Positions 1-10,073 of a DNA stretch of 64,000 nt are shown piece after piece. The position numbers and the translations under genes were made by a program. The stretch covers positions 384,001 through 448,000 of the forward strand of contig CAVTTL010000001.1 in assembly GCA_963737635.1 (NCBI GenBank), read 5' to 3'. The stretch is from an uncultured Methanoregulaceae archaeon (lineage in GTDB: Archaea; Halobacteriota; Methanomicrobia; Methanomicrobiales; Methanospirillaceae). Positions within the stretch are counted from its first letter, which is position 1; each line of letters begins with the position of its first letter. The notes under the pieces are model-generated. The model was given only the letters and a program-made list of their open reading frames with translations, had not been told where the DNA came from and did no database searches.

Positions 1-1141
1 CCTCCTGACTTGCTATGAGGCCGATTACACCTTTCTGCCCGTGCCGGGACGCAAACTTGTCGCCGATCTCCGGTACACGCAGGTCGCGAGTCCGCACCTT
101 AACGAGGCGTGAACTGTTTTCACCTTCGGTAATGATGACCGTATCAACAATACCGTGCTCGTTGCTTCGCATCGTGACTGATGTGTCGCGCCGCTTCTCT
201 ACGGCAATGAGTTCTCCGGAGGGTTCTTCCAGGAACCGTGGCGGCGAGGTTTTTCCTATCAGGACATCCTTTTCTGCGACGATTGTCTCGGGGTTGATCA
301 CACCATCCTCGTCGAGATTCTTGTAGGATTCCGCACCATGGGCCCCGCTTACATCCTCGTCAGGTACTTCGATCCGGTCTATCTGACCGCCAGGGTACCG
401 GCGCTCTTCACCCTCGTAAGTCCTGAAGAAATGCGAGCGTCCGAGACCGCGGTCTATCGAGGCCTTGTTAAAGATGAGCGCATCTTCAATGTTATATCCT
501 TCGTAGGAGAGAATAGCGACCACGAAATTCTGCCCGGCAGGCCGGTCGTCAGACCCGATCAGCTCGGATGTCTGGGTATGGGTGAGGGGTTTCTGGACGT
601 AATGAAGCAGGTGACCCCGAGTATCGGGGCGGAGTTTCATATTTGCTGCGCCAAACCCAAGTGCCTGTTTGACCATCCCTGCTCCCATCGTTACACGCGG
701 ACTTGCATTGTGCTCCGGGAATGGGACGTGAGCGGCACCAATACCGAGGATTAGTGAGGGGTCAATCTCCAGATGCGTATGTGCAGGCGTGATATCAGCG
801 ATATTCATAGCGATAAAAAGGTCTTCCTCTTCCTCTGCATCAACGAACTCGATCAATCCACGTTGCACGAAGTTCGAGAAATCAATCTCACCTTTGGCCA
901 GCTTTTTGAGATCCTCATCATTAATAAGGGTCTTACCGTCTTTTAGAACAATAAGGGGACGGCGTGCACGGCCGCGGTCGGTAAGGAGGACGACATCACC
1001 GTTATAGTCTTTAAACGAGACGTTAACCTCAGATGAAATAGCGCCCTGCCGGCGCATCGACCGGATATTTTCCACAAGAGTTTTGGGATCATCGACTAGG
1101 CCGATCAATGCCCCATCAACGAATACTCGTGATTTCTTCAT
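1..1141 (-). CDS. rpoB1: DNA-directed RNA polymerase subunit B' (Rpo2C), 5' part; runs off the window start
   Basis: Manual minus-strand translation from ATG 1141 (MKKSRVFVDGALIGLVDDP...RYPGGQIDRIEVP...). ATGA overlap with the rpoB'' stop. Confidence 0.93.
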   Translation of the reverse strand, partial: MKKSRVFVDGALIGLVDDPKTLVENIRSMRRQGAISSEVNVSFKDYNGDVVLLTDRGRARRPLIVLKDGKTLINDEDLKKLAKGEIDFSNFVQRGLIEFVDAEEEEDLFIAMNIADITPAHTHLEIDPSLILGIGAAHVPFPEHNASPRVTMGAGMVKQALGFGAANMKLRPDTRGHLLHYVQKPLTHTQTSELIGSDDRPAGQNFVVAILSYEGYNIEDALIFNKASIDRGLGRSHFFRTYEGEERRYPGGQIDRIEVPDEDVSGAHGAESYKNLDEDGVINPETIVAEKDVLIGKTSPPRFLEEPSGELIAVEKRRDTSVTMRSNEHGIVDTVIITEGENSSRLVKVRTRDLRVPEIGDKFASRHGQKGVIGLIASQE

Positions 1142-2697
1142 TTGACCTCACCCCGGATGTGCTCGACGTTGAGCGTATGCAGGATACGCATAATCTCTTC
1201 TTCATCGTTGACACCCTTGCTGATCTCCACCATCTGGGCGAAGTTTTTCACCAGACCACAGTTTGGCCCTTCAGGCGTCTCGCTCGGGCAGATCCGGCCC
1301 CACTGCGTCGGATGCAGATCTCGAGCTTCGAAATGGGGTTGGGAACGTGAGAGAGGCGAGATGACACGGCGCAGGTGGGAAAGTACAGCCATGTGATCGA
1401 CACGATCAAGAAGCTGGGACACACCAGTCCTTCCGCCAACCCAGTTACCAGTGGCAAGCGGGTGAAGCAAACGTTCGGTGAGAACATCCGCTCTCACTGC
1501 CGTCGCGATCGACAGGTCACGGTGCCTCATGCTCGCCCGTTCGAGCTGGTACTTTATATCCCGAGTCAGGCGGTTGAGCGAAATACGGAAGAGATCTTCC
1601 ATGAGGTCGCCTGCCAGTTTGAGTCTCTTGTTTGAGTAGTGATCCTTATCATCGATCCTACGCTTGTTCAAAACAAGATCAAAACATGCCTCTGCCATGC
1701 GTCCAAGGAAGTGTGCTTTTGCGAGCCGTACTGATGCGACTGACTCGGCATAGCCGTCATCGCCTTCCTTAAGGGTGGCAGGCAACGCGTAATTGAGATG
1801 CGGAAGCAGGTAATTGTCAAGCACGAATTCGGCGCGTTTCTTTTGATAGTCTTTAGTCTGGTTGGGAGCGAGTTTCTTACCCACGTACATGACGCCGCCT
1901 TCAACAGAATCGCATTCGCTTTCCTCGAGATTCTGCATCATGAAGGTAAGGATATCTTCATCGGTCGAAACGGCATTGACGACTTCCTGATCATTGGTCA
2001 TGCCCAATGCCCGCATCAGGTCGACGAATTTAAGGTGTCCTGCCACCGAGGGGAAAGAAACCTCAAGGAGATTCTTTTTATTGCGTTCAACCACGACGAG
2101 CGCGCGGTATCCGCGGAACTGCGAGAATACTTTTGCCACGTAAATCCTTTCATTATACCGCTCGGTGAATTCGGTCATGATCTTGTTTGAGGCGAGATCC
2201 TCAAGAGTCATGAGCACACGCTCAGTACCATTCACGATAAAATAAGCGCCCGGATCAAACGCATCTTCTCCGTGTGAGACACGTTCGTCGTCGCTCATAC
2301 CATAGAGGTTACATGCAACTGATCCAACCATAATTGGCAGCTGCCCGATAGTCGTGACAATGGGTTCCTGCCTGTCTTCTCCATGCACCAGCGTCAGTCC
2401 GAGCTGGATAGGTGCAGCGTAGGTTAGATTGCGCAGGCGTGATTCGCTCGGATACAGTTCACCCTGTGATCCGTCTGCTTCGCGTACGAGAGGCTTTTTT
2501 ACCTCGATGTTCCCGAGTTCGACCCAAACCGGGTCATTGTTCCTGCCCCGGTTCTCAATGTCGGTCTCGATAATCTTTTGTTCATTGACCACTTTCTGGA
2601 GATTTTCCGTTAGGAAATAGTTAAAGGAGTCAAGCTGGTGGCGCGCAACATGCTCCCGTGCAAAGTATGCCCTCGATAAAACACTTCTGTCGATCAG
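1138..2697 (-). CDS. rpoB2: DNA-directed RNA polymerase subunit B'' (Rpo2N); probable CTG start at 2697
   Basis: ORF 1138..2592 has GAYFIVNGTERV, DDKDHYSNKRL and ETPEGPNCGLVKN. The frame stays open upstream (IDRSVLSRAYF...HQLDSFNYF) to CTG 2697, which has a GGGGGCGGT SD-like motif. Confidence 0.95.
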   Translation of the reverse strand: MIDRSVLSRAYFAREHVARHQLDSFNYFLTENLQKVVNEQKIIETDIENRGRNNDPVWVELGNIEVKKPLVREADGSQGELYPSESRLRNLTYAAPIQLGLTLVHGEDRQEPIVTTIGQLPIMVGSVACNLYGMSDDERVSHGEDAFDPGAYFIVNGTERVLMTLEDLASNKIMTEFTERYNERIYVAKVFSQFRGYRALVVVERNKKNLLEVSFPSVAGHLKFVDLMRALGMTNDQEVVNAVSTDEDILTFMMQNLEESECDSVEGGVMYVGKKLAPNQTKDYQKKRAEFVLDNYLLPHLNYALPATLKEGDDGYAESVASVRLAKAHFLGRMAEACFDLVLNKRRIDDKDHYSNKRLKLAGDLMEDLFRISLNRLTRDIKYQLERASMRHRDLSIATAVRADVLTERLLHPLATGNWVGGRTGVSQLLDRVDHMAVLSHLRRVISPLSRSQPHFEARDLHPTQWGRICPSETPEGPNCGLVKNFAQMVEISKGVNDEEEIMRILHTLNVEHIRGEVK

Positions 2698-2715
2698 ATA
2701 GACCGCCCCCTGCCC

Positions 2716-2967
2716 TTATTTTTTGGGTCTCCTGATAACAAGTCGGTACGCCTCAGCCCTGCCGGCGGTATGACTTTTCCTGATAGTCCGTATCACGTCA
2801 TCGACTTTCGCATCGATTGCCTTCACCGCAGGATCGTCATGGTAGATTTTTGGTAATTGTTCGGTAGTAATATGATAGCGGGAAAGTAACGCTGTAACCT
2901 CTTCCTCGCTCATGAGCTGGTGATCCGGCACCATTACGTGGCTCAACACATTCAGTTTGGAGCTCAA
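2716..2967 (-). CDS. rpoH: RNA polymerase subunit H (Rpo5)
   Basis: HVMVPDH and [12 protein letters not shown] motifs; directly upstream of rpoB''. Confidence 0.95.
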   Translation of the reverse strand: MSSKLNVLSHVMVPDHQLMSEEEVTALLSRYHITTEQLPKIYHDDPAVKAIDAKVDDVIRTIRKSHTAGRAEAYRLVIRRPKK

Positions 2968-3044
2968 TGAAAAACCCCCTTAAAGATAAAACGATTGCCT
3001 CTCAGATGCATCACCGCAAAAAATCCACGATTGGATCGTGGTAA

Positions 3045-3118
3045 CGGGCCCGGAGGGATTTGAACCCCCGACCACCTGGTTAAAAGCCAGGCGCTCTACC
3101 GAACTGAGTGACGAACCC
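3045..3118 (-). tRNA. tRNA-Lys (TTT)
   Basis: Reverse complement folds as a cloverleaf: acceptor GGGTTCG/CGGGCCC, anticodon arm CCTGG-CTTTTAA-CCAGG, T arm GGGGG-TTCAAAT-CCCTC. Confidence 0.9.
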
Positions 3119-3191
3119 CAGGGAATAAGATGTACAGCATTATAACAATGCGAGAAAAATATATAAATGTTATCTCAATGATACACCAAAT

Positions 3192-3839
3192 TCAGTTCTC
3201 CTGCGAAGGCTCAAGTGCTTTTTCCAGCTGATCATTGATCTCCCGCAACCGGAGTTCGGCCCGGTAAATCTTATCTTCAAGATTCCGGATAGCGGCAATA
3301 TCCTCGCTGGACACTTCACGCCCGGCAACGTTCATTCCACTCGATGCCCGCAAGACCACAAGAAGATTCCGGTCTACCTCTGTGTTTTTGCGGAGCGCGG
3401 CATATTCATCGACTATTGCCATGTCGATGCCTTTGTTCTGTGCAGTAAGCTTTTCCAAGGACAATTCGTTCCTACGGGAAAATATCTGTTGGATTGAGTC
3501 CAGAAGCTGCGAGGGTTTCACCGGTTTTGATACGAAATCATCGATATTCATGCTGTGCTCCCGGGCTTCCACGGCGGTGATTTTCTTTGCAGAAAACATT
3601 AGTACGGGGATATCTTTTGTCGCTGGGTTTTCCTTGATCTTTTCCAGCGTCTCCCAGCCATCCATGGGCTCCATCATAATATCAAGAAGAATAAGATCAG
3701 GTTTGACGGTCTTGAGGATATTGAGGCATTCATTTCCTCCGTTAGCAGTGAGAGGAGTATGACCCTTACGTGAAAGAATAGCCACGAGTCCCTCAAGGAT
3801 AAATGGACTGTCGTCGACGATCAGAATAGTAGCGTCCAT
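3192..3839 (-). CDS. Response regulator (REC domain + helical C-terminal extension)
   Basis: ILIVDDS, ILLDIMMEPMDG and FVSKP receiver motifs. Confidence 0.9.
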   Translation of the reverse strand: MDATILIVDDSPFILEGLVAILSRKGHTPLTANGGNECLNILKTVKPDLILLDIMMEPMDGWETLEKIKENPATKDIPVLMFSAKKITAVEAREHSMNIDDFVSKPVKPSQLLDSIQQIFSRRNELSLEKLTAQNKGIDMAIVDEYAALRKNTEVDRNLLVVLRASSGMNVAGREVSSEDIAAIRNLEDKIYRAELRLREINDQLEKALEPSQEN

Positions 3840-3983
3840 GTGGGATCTCCATTATTCAAAGATAAACAGGTAGAGTACATAATTAGCTTGAAGACGCGGG
3901 CACGATCACCGCATCTTTATTAATACACAAGTAAGCTATTCAAATGTTTATTTTAGCGCACACGTATTTACAAAAATGAATCA

Positions 3984-4613
3984 TTATTGAATTTTCCCGG
4001 CAAGTTCCCCTTTAATCTGCTGGAGCCGGGTTTCCTGAAACCTGATATTTGTATCCATGTTTTTCAGCGCCCTTGAAATATCATCACTTATGCGAACTTT
4101 CGAATCATTGAAATTGTAGGTGGTTTCAAGGATCTTCATCAGGCGCTTGTTGATATCAATGCTCTTTGAGAGTAAGGCGTATTCGTTGACAATGTCAAAA
4201 CCAACTCCCGATTGCCGGGCCCGATCCATATCAGATCGAAGAGTCTGTCGCCGGCCGAGTACGTGCTCGATCGCATCATAAAGTTCCCTATGGGTGATAG
4301 GTTTGAGCACATAATCTTCGATAAAGATACCATACTCCTCAGCCTCAGCAGGAGTCAGCTGTTTTGCGGTGAGCATAAGTACCGGGACATCTTTTGTCGC
4401 CGGATTTTCCTTGATCTTTTCCAGCGTCTCCCAGCCATCCATTGGCTCCATCATAATATCAAGAAGAATAAGATCCGGAGTTACCGTTTTTAGGATTTCC
4501 AGACATTCTTCACCACCATGTGCAGCAACTGTCCGATATCCCCCTCGTTCGAGCATCGTGACAAATACATCGACAATGAAGGGACTGTCATCCACTACGA
4601 GAATTGTATACAT
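3984..4613 (-). CDS. Response regulator (REC domain + helical C-terminal extension), paralogue of the adjacent gene
   Basis: ILVVDDS, ILLDIMMEPMDG and YVLKP receiver motifs. Confidence 0.9.
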   Translation of the reverse strand: MYTILVVDDSPFIVDVFVTMLERGGYRTVAAHGGEECLEILKTVTPDLILLDIMMEPMDGWETLEKIKENPATKDVPVLMLTAKQLTPAEAEEYGIFIEDYVLKPITHRELYDAIEHVLGRRQTLRSDMDRARQSGVGFDIVNEYALLSKSIDINKRLMKILETTYNFNDSKVRISDDISRALKNMDTNIRFQETRLQQIKGELAGKIQ

Positions 4614-4979
4614 TTACATCACCCTCCCTATCTCCGCAGCTACGATACTGATTCGAGAACAAGCTTCTTCCTGCTTTGCATCACTTTTGAGAAGTGCGGC
4701 GACAAGAAAATGTTCCCCGGCTCCCGTAACAAGGATGGATGAATCCGCCGAAAGGATCGATACTGTCGCAAGTGATTTCATTCCGATAAGAGTTCCCGCG
4801 GATTCCGCGGATGCAAGAATAGTTGCAGCCAGTGCACCAAACCATGGTTCATTTAGTTCACGGTCAAAATATTTTCCGGCAATTATGCCATCACGTGAGA
4901 CAATGGCGCATGCAGTCACCCCATCGATTACCCGTATTTTTTCTATAAATGCTGCAATTTTATCCTTTAACATGCCCAA
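4614..4979 (-). CDS. Roadblock/LC7 (MglB-like) domain protein
   Basis: 121 aa with the GV..CAIVSRDG..A and GALAATILASAE pattern. Confidence 0.8.
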   Translation of the reverse strand: MGMLKDKIAAFIEKIRVIDGVTACAIVSRDGIIAGKYFDRELNEPWFGALAATILASAESAGTLIGMKSLATVSILSADSSILVTGAGEHFLVAALLKSDAKQEEACSRISIVAAEIGRVM

Positions 4980-5351
4980 TGCTCCTATGGTGAACTACCC
5001 GCTGTAATTCATAATATCAGATGACAACATATATACATATCTTTTTTTTTTCTGACTCATTTCTTCAATTACATAGAAGTTACCAGGTGCCCGAATATCC
5101 TGAAAGATTTGTTTTATTTTTGTCCGAAAACGGAGAGAGGCTGAGCCTTCAAGTAAGATAGCGCGTACCACAATTTACATTTATCCGGGTTGATAAAGGG
5201 ATATTCGGTTATAGAAAACATGGCAAAAACTGTACTTGCCCGATAGGATAAATAAATTGCATTTCGTTGCAAGAAAGCTCAAGGAATGGGCAATATATAT
5301 GATCGGGGACCGATTGAATACCCGAGATATCTGAAAGCCGGGAAGATGAAT

Positions 5352-5554
5352 ATGGCGTTCGAAAATGATGTGGTTGTTTTATTCGGCGTAGTGATTGTTA
5401 CTTAGCAGTTTATCATGTATCTGATGTATGTCCACATCCGGCAGCTTCCAACCGAGATCAATGCAATCTAAGGAAAGGAAAGATGAAGATTGCTGATACC
5501 GATCCTGATGGCCTGATCCAAAAAGTTGAGGAATTTAACCACATCAGCCTCTAG
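5352..5554 (+). pseudogene. Possible degraded small single-pass membrane protein gene
   Basis: MAFENDVVVLFGVVIVT*QFIMYLMYVHIRQLPTEINAI*: a hydrophobic helix broken by TAG and TAA, downstream of a TATATAT box. Confidence 0.3.
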
Positions 5555-5639
5555 ATTCAGCCGATCTCGCTTCTTGTGCATGAAATCGTTTTTCTGGATA
5601 ACAAGATACATATGGAATATGAGCGAATAGTAAGACCGC

Positions 5640-5713
5640 GGGGCCATAGGGTAGCCTGGCCATCCTAGGAGACTGGGGGTCTTCTGACTCGCGTTCAAAT
5701 CGCGATGGCCCCA
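5640..5713 (+). tRNA. tRNA-Pro (GGG)
   Basis: Acceptor GGGGCCA/TGGCCCC, anticodon arm GGAGA-CTGGGGG-TCTTC, T arm TCGCG-TTCAAAT-CGCGA. Confidence 0.93.
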
Positions 5714-5742
5714 TCCGATCGTTGTTTTTGTGGCGTGTTACC

Positions 5743-6597
5743 GTGAAGATTACGGATTTATGCAGCGATTGCCTGATCTCCCGGGTTCAGCTCGAATGCG
5801 GGATAGTCGGGGCAGATCCCTTAAAAACACAGCAGGTCATGGATTCCTGCACCAAACTCCTTTTTTCCCTGAAGAACACTTCATTAAGCCATCCCCAGAT
5901 TGCAAGCCGCGTTCATCGCCAGGCCTACGAAATGCTTAATAGTCCCGATCCGTTCCAAACCCTGAAACGGCAGGGAAATACAGAAGCGGCAAAAGTTTGC
6001 AGGGAGGTTCGCACCGGCCTATCCAGCTTCCGGGACTATGTGCTTGCATCTGTTATCGGGAATACCTTTGATTATGGCGTCAAAGGGCATGCGGTGACAA
6101 GCAATTTTTCTTGCTTTTTCAAGCAAGAGTTCGGGAAAGGACTGGTGATCGACGATACCGAACGTATCCTCCCAAAGAGTTCACGGGTCGTCTATCTGAG
6201 TGACAATTGTGGTGAGATCGTTTTCGATCGCCTCCTTATCCAGTACCTGAAATCCCGGGGTTCTCATGTAACACTCGCGGTCAAAGAACAGCCGGTGCTC
6301 AATGATGCAACTCTCGAAGATGCCAAAATGCTTGGTCTGGACCATATTGTCGACTGCCTTACGACAAACTGCGAGGGTGGTGAGATCGGGCTCTGCCTGG
6401 AAGAAGCAACACCCGCCCTTTCCGATGCCATTTCGCGGTGTACCCTGATAATAGCAAAAGGGATGGCGAATTTTGAATCTCTCTTCGAACGAACAGATCT
6501 CCCCCCGGTGGCGTACCTGATGGCAGCAAAATGCCAACCGGTGGCAAATGAGGCAGGGGTCCCTCGCGGGTCCAAGATCGCACTGCTCCGTGAATAA
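5743..6597 (+). CDS. DUF89/ARMT1-family damage-control phosphatase
   Basis: C..C near the N-terminus, GN.FDYG, DNCGEIVFD, NDAT and KGMANFESL motifs. GTG start at 5743 inferred. Confidence 0.85.
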   Translation: MKITDLCSDCLISRVQLECGIVGADPLKTQQVMDSCTKLLFSLKNTSLSHPQIASRVHRQAYEMLNSPDPFQTLKRQGNTEAAKVCREVRTGLSSFRDYVLASVIGNTFDYGVKGHAVTSNFSCFFKQEFGKGLVIDDTERILPKSSRVVYLSDNCGEIVFDRLLIQYLKSRGSHVTLAVKEQPVLNDATLEDAKMLGLDHIVDCLTTNCEGGEIGLCLEEATPALSDAISRCTLIIAKGMANFESLFERTDLPPVAYLMAAKCQPVANEAGVPRGSKIALLRE

Positions 6598-6809
6598 ATA
6601 TTACAGGAAATTACCTGAACAGCCTGATTTCGCATGATAGTTCATGGGCTATTATTCGTAACGTTTGTCTCACGGGGATAACTCAAATGTAGATATTGAG
6701 ACAGAAGAAATTGTTCTTGTTATATTTTAAGTTTCAATCAATGACTCCATACAAAATATCATTATATCCTCCAGTAGTATGCACATACCAATAACATTTG
6801 AGGATTATT

Positions 6810-7853
6810 ATGACCGGCGTAATTGGGGTGATGACCGGCGGCGGAGATTGTCCTGGTCTCAATGCTGCTATACGGGCAGTTGTGCGTAGCGGGATCGCAA
6901 AAAAATATCAAGTTATCGGAATCCTAAACGGGTGGCAAGGCCTCATCGAAAACGATACCATCCCTCTTACAGATCATTCCGTATCCGGGATAATCTCAAG
7001 AGGAGGAACGATCCTGGGAACCTCCCGGACAGACCCAATGAAAAAACCTGATGATATCAGAACAATTAAACATGTCCTTAAAACGCTTAGTATTGAGGGA
7101 TTGGTTGTAATTGGCGGTGACGGCACCCTCCGCGCAGCATATGAGGTGACCAAACAGGGTATTCCGCTGGTTGGTATACCTAAGACTATCGACAACGATG
7201 TTTTCGGCACTGATGTCACCATTGGATTTGATACAGCGGTCTTCATTGTTACCGAAGCAATAGACCGGCTCCATACAACAGCAGAATCTCACCACCGGAT
7301 TATGGTGATTGAAGTAATGGGACGCAAATCCGGCCTCATTGCACTAGCAGCCGGCATGGCCAGTGGTGCAGATCAAATCCTGGTGCCGGAAGTGAGAGTA
7401 TCGATGGACGAGATCTGCCAGTCGCTTAATGCACGGTATCGGGCCGGAAAAAAATTCTCGATCGTCGTTGTGGCAGAAGGGACAAGCCACGAGGATATTG
7501 CCGGCACAATAGTACCTGAATCCGACCGGGATGAATGCGGACACGAAAAATTTGTTGGTATCGGAAACTTCCTCGGAAAAGAACTGGAACGCAGGCTCGG
7601 GATCGAGACGCGGGTGACAATACTCGGCCACGTTCAGCGTGGCGGGAGCCCGACAGCACAGGATCGGATCCTCGCTACCCGCCTTGGGATTGCGGCCGTT
7701 AACCAGATTCAAGCCAAAAACTTCGGTTGCATGGTCGGTTCCCAGGGAGGCCGGATCGTACCTGTGCCTCTCGAGGAAGTGATTAAACGGTCCAAAGGGA
7801 TCGATCCTGATGAGTATGCACACGCAAAGATGGTTGCCGGGCTCCACGATTAG
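6810..7853 (+). CDS. pfkA: 6-phosphofructokinase (PfkA family)
   Basis: TGGGDCPGLNA, GGTILGTSR, GGDG, PKTIDND, EVMGR and LGHVQRGG motifs. Confidence 0.93.
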   Translation: MTGVIGVMTGGGDCPGLNAAIRAVVRSGIAKKYQVIGILNGWQGLIENDTIPLTDHSVSGIISRGGTILGTSRTDPMKKPDDIRTIKHVLKTLSIEGLVVIGGDGTLRAAYEVTKQGIPLVGIPKTIDNDVFGTDVTIGFDTAVFIVTEAIDRLHTTAESHHRIMVIEVMGRKSGLIALAAGMASGADQILVPEVRVSMDEICQSLNARYRAGKKFSIVVVAEGTSHEDIAGTIVPESDRDECGHEKFVGIGNFLGKELERRLGIETRVTILGHVQRGGSPTAQDRILATRLGIAAVNQIQAKNFGCMVGSQGGRIVPVPLEEVIKRSKGIDPDEYAHAKMVAGLHD

Positions 7854-7912
7854 AAGGAGAGGTTGATATATCTTTTAAGTAGTGAGTGAAAACGAAAAAA
7901 TCTTGACTCCAC

Positions 7913-9208
7913 TCACATATGCAGCAGGTAAGGCAGCAATATAATGGAGATCAGGACTACGACCATCACATAGCTGATCGCTCCGACCACATATCCGGAA
8001 TATTTTGCAAGACCGCGCCGGTCGAGCAGCCGGTCGACGCCTTCTTTAAGAATATAGCCGCCGTCAAGAGGGATCATGGGTATGGCATTGAAAAGTCCTA
8101 CGTTGATATTGATCCATGCACACCAGAAGAGTAGATGAATCATATCCCAGAACCCGGTAAAAGGAACCTGATAATACGCGGTGTCTGGTGAATCGAAGGC
8201 AAGGATACGCAGGTACTGCATCCCGTCACCGCTTGCAAAGGGAACTATCAAAAATTCAAAGAAACCTAATGGGGAGAGCATCGCGCCGACGGCAGATTTC
8301 ACGCTGCTGCCATCGTAGTACTCAACCCCCATAAATCCGCTTGTCTGGTTATTGCCGTATTCCGCAGGCCATGCCGCTAGCGTGAACGTGTACGTGGAGG
8401 CAAGCCCATTTTTTGTGGTTGACAGGATGATCGCTTCTCCAGGCTTCGTTGTATTAAGGAGCCTTGAAACGTCTGCCCGGCTGGAAACCTCCTGACCATT
8501 TATTGCGGTCACAACTGAGCCTTGGGGCACACTTGCATTATAGGCAGGATATTCCTGGTAGAGTCCATGTATTATCGGTTGATTGCCAGGCATTACCATA
8601 CCAAACAGCAGGATTAGCAGCACAAAGCATGAGAATCCCACAACAAGGTTGTTCGTGATTCCGGCTCCGAACATCCGTATTTTGGGCATGCCTTTTTTCT
8701 GTTCAAGCTCCTCTTCATCCGGTTCGACAAAAAAACCGATCGGGATAACGGCGAAGAGGACCCCCATTCCCTTAACCTTGATCTCTTCAACCCGGCAGAG
8801 GATCGCGTGACCGAATTCGTGAATTACGATAGTTAAAAAAAATGCAAACCATACTGCAAATGTTGACGGTACATAGTTGTTGATTCCCGGCAAGAGAAGG
8901 ATATTTTGCGGCGAGTAAATCCCTGTCGGTTCCGGTTTGACTGCGAGCGTATATTGAACTGATAAAAACAGCATGACCGTCATGAAAACAGAGACGATCA
9001 CTACTGCGATTACGCCGATTGTGCCATAGATCTTAAAAAATGTCCGTAATGCCGTGAATTTATCAAAGAATTTGACCCGGTTTGTCTTGATCGCCATGAT
9101 TGGACCGTAGAAGACAATATGGTCGGGCCAAAGTTTTCTTTTATAGATATAATATGCAACGACGGCATAGACTGCCACGAGAGGGATCAGAGTAAAAAGC
9201 CAGTCCAT
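7913..9208 (-). CDS. Site-2 protease (M50) with PDZ domain
   Basis: HEFGH zinc motif, NAIPMIPLDGG, several TM segments. Confidence 0.9.
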   Translation of the reverse strand: MDWLFTLIPLVAVYAVVAYYIYKRKLWPDHIVFYGPIMAIKTNRVKFFDKFTALRTFFKIYGTIGVIAVVIVSVFMTVMLFLSVQYTLAVKPEPTGIYSPQNILLLPGINNYVPSTFAVWFAFFLTIVIHEFGHAILCRVEEIKVKGMGVLFAVIPIGFFVEPDEEELEQKKGMPKIRMFGAGITNNLVVGFSCFVLLILLFGMVMPGNQPIIHGLYQEYPAYNASVPQGSVVTAINGQEVSSRADVSRLLNTTKPGEAIILSTTKNGLASTYTFTLAAWPAEYGNNQTSGFMGVEYYDGSSVKSAVGAMLSPLGFFEFLIVPFASGDGMQYLRILAFDSPDTAYYQVPFTGFWDMIHLLFWCAWININVGLFNAIPMIPLDGGYILKEGVDRLLDRRGLAKYSGYVVGAISYVMVVVLISIILLPYLLHM

Positions 9209-9280
9209 CTGTACTTCATGGACTGGATAAACACATTAAAGCAATGGTGGAAACACAGACTAAAAATTGTGCAATCGCTG

Positions 9281-9943
9281 CTAAATAAATGCTGCAAGGC
9301 TGCTCTGAGATTTTTTTGCAAGCATCATACTTACCGTTTTCCAGCTTTTACGGGAGATGGGCGGAGGTGACCCGTGCTCGTCAATATACGCAGAGAGATA
9401 GGCAATAGTGTACGGGTCTGAAGGATAGCCACTGCCAATTTCACCATATTTTTTTGCGAGTTTTGCAATTTCCTTGTCGCGTATAACTTTCGCAACAATA
9501 CTTGCCGCCGATACAACCGGGTATGTACTGTCAGCATGGTGTTCTGACACAATCTTGCAGGTGATACCCAGATAGCTTCTTACCGTTTCCGCATATCGGA
9601 TCGGGTTCACATCACACGCATCGACATATGCAGTCCGGGGGACGAGTTTTTGGATAACCTCTGCATGTGTCCGGGCGACGCAGGTATTCATGGTCATCTC
9701 TCTCCGGATAACATCGATCTCATTCGCAGAGATCACAACTGTAGCAACCCTGAACCTTTTCTTAATGAGAATAAATAATCGTTCCCTCTCGTGTGGCGCA
9801 AGTTGTTTTGAATCTTTGAAACCCAGATCAGATAAGACATCTGCGGATCGGACGCCGACCGCAGCGACCACCATCGGCCCGAGCACCGAACCTTTTCCGG
9901 CTTCATCGACTCCGCAGATCACAGGATAAAGATTTATATCCAA
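9281..9943 (-). CDS. rnhB: Ribonuclease HII
   Basis: GVDEAGKGSVLGP, DSKQL, VSAASIVAKV and GSGYPSDP motifs. Confidence 0.95.
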   Translation of the reverse strand: MDINLYPVICGVDEAGKGSVLGPMVVAAVGVRSADVLSDLGFKDSKQLAPHERERLFILIKKRFRVATVVISANEIDVIRREMTMNTCVARTHAEVIQKLVPRTAYVDACDVNPIRYAETVRSYLGITCKIVSEHHADSTYPVVSAASIVAKVIRDKEIAKLAKKYGEIGSGYPSDPYTIAYLSAYIDEHGSPPPISRKSWKTVSMMLAKKSQSSLAAFI

Positions 9944-10073
9944 ATTATTTCAATGGCGAGGATTATAACCTGAACTCATGGATTTTGTTCCATAGAGTGA
10001 GACGGTGATTAATACGGTCTCGCGCGCAAAGCGGCAAAAGGCGATTTTGCAGATCCCCGAAGGTGTAAAAAAA

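Noticed and set aside
15-1007. Plus-strand ORFs of 72-138 aa, and the many similar antisense ORFs elsewhere
   Set aside because: They are shadows of well-supported genes on the opposite strand (here rpoB').
5402-5404. In-frame TAG as pyrrolysine readthrough
   Set aside because: A TAA follows in the same frame, and there are no pyl genes in the window.
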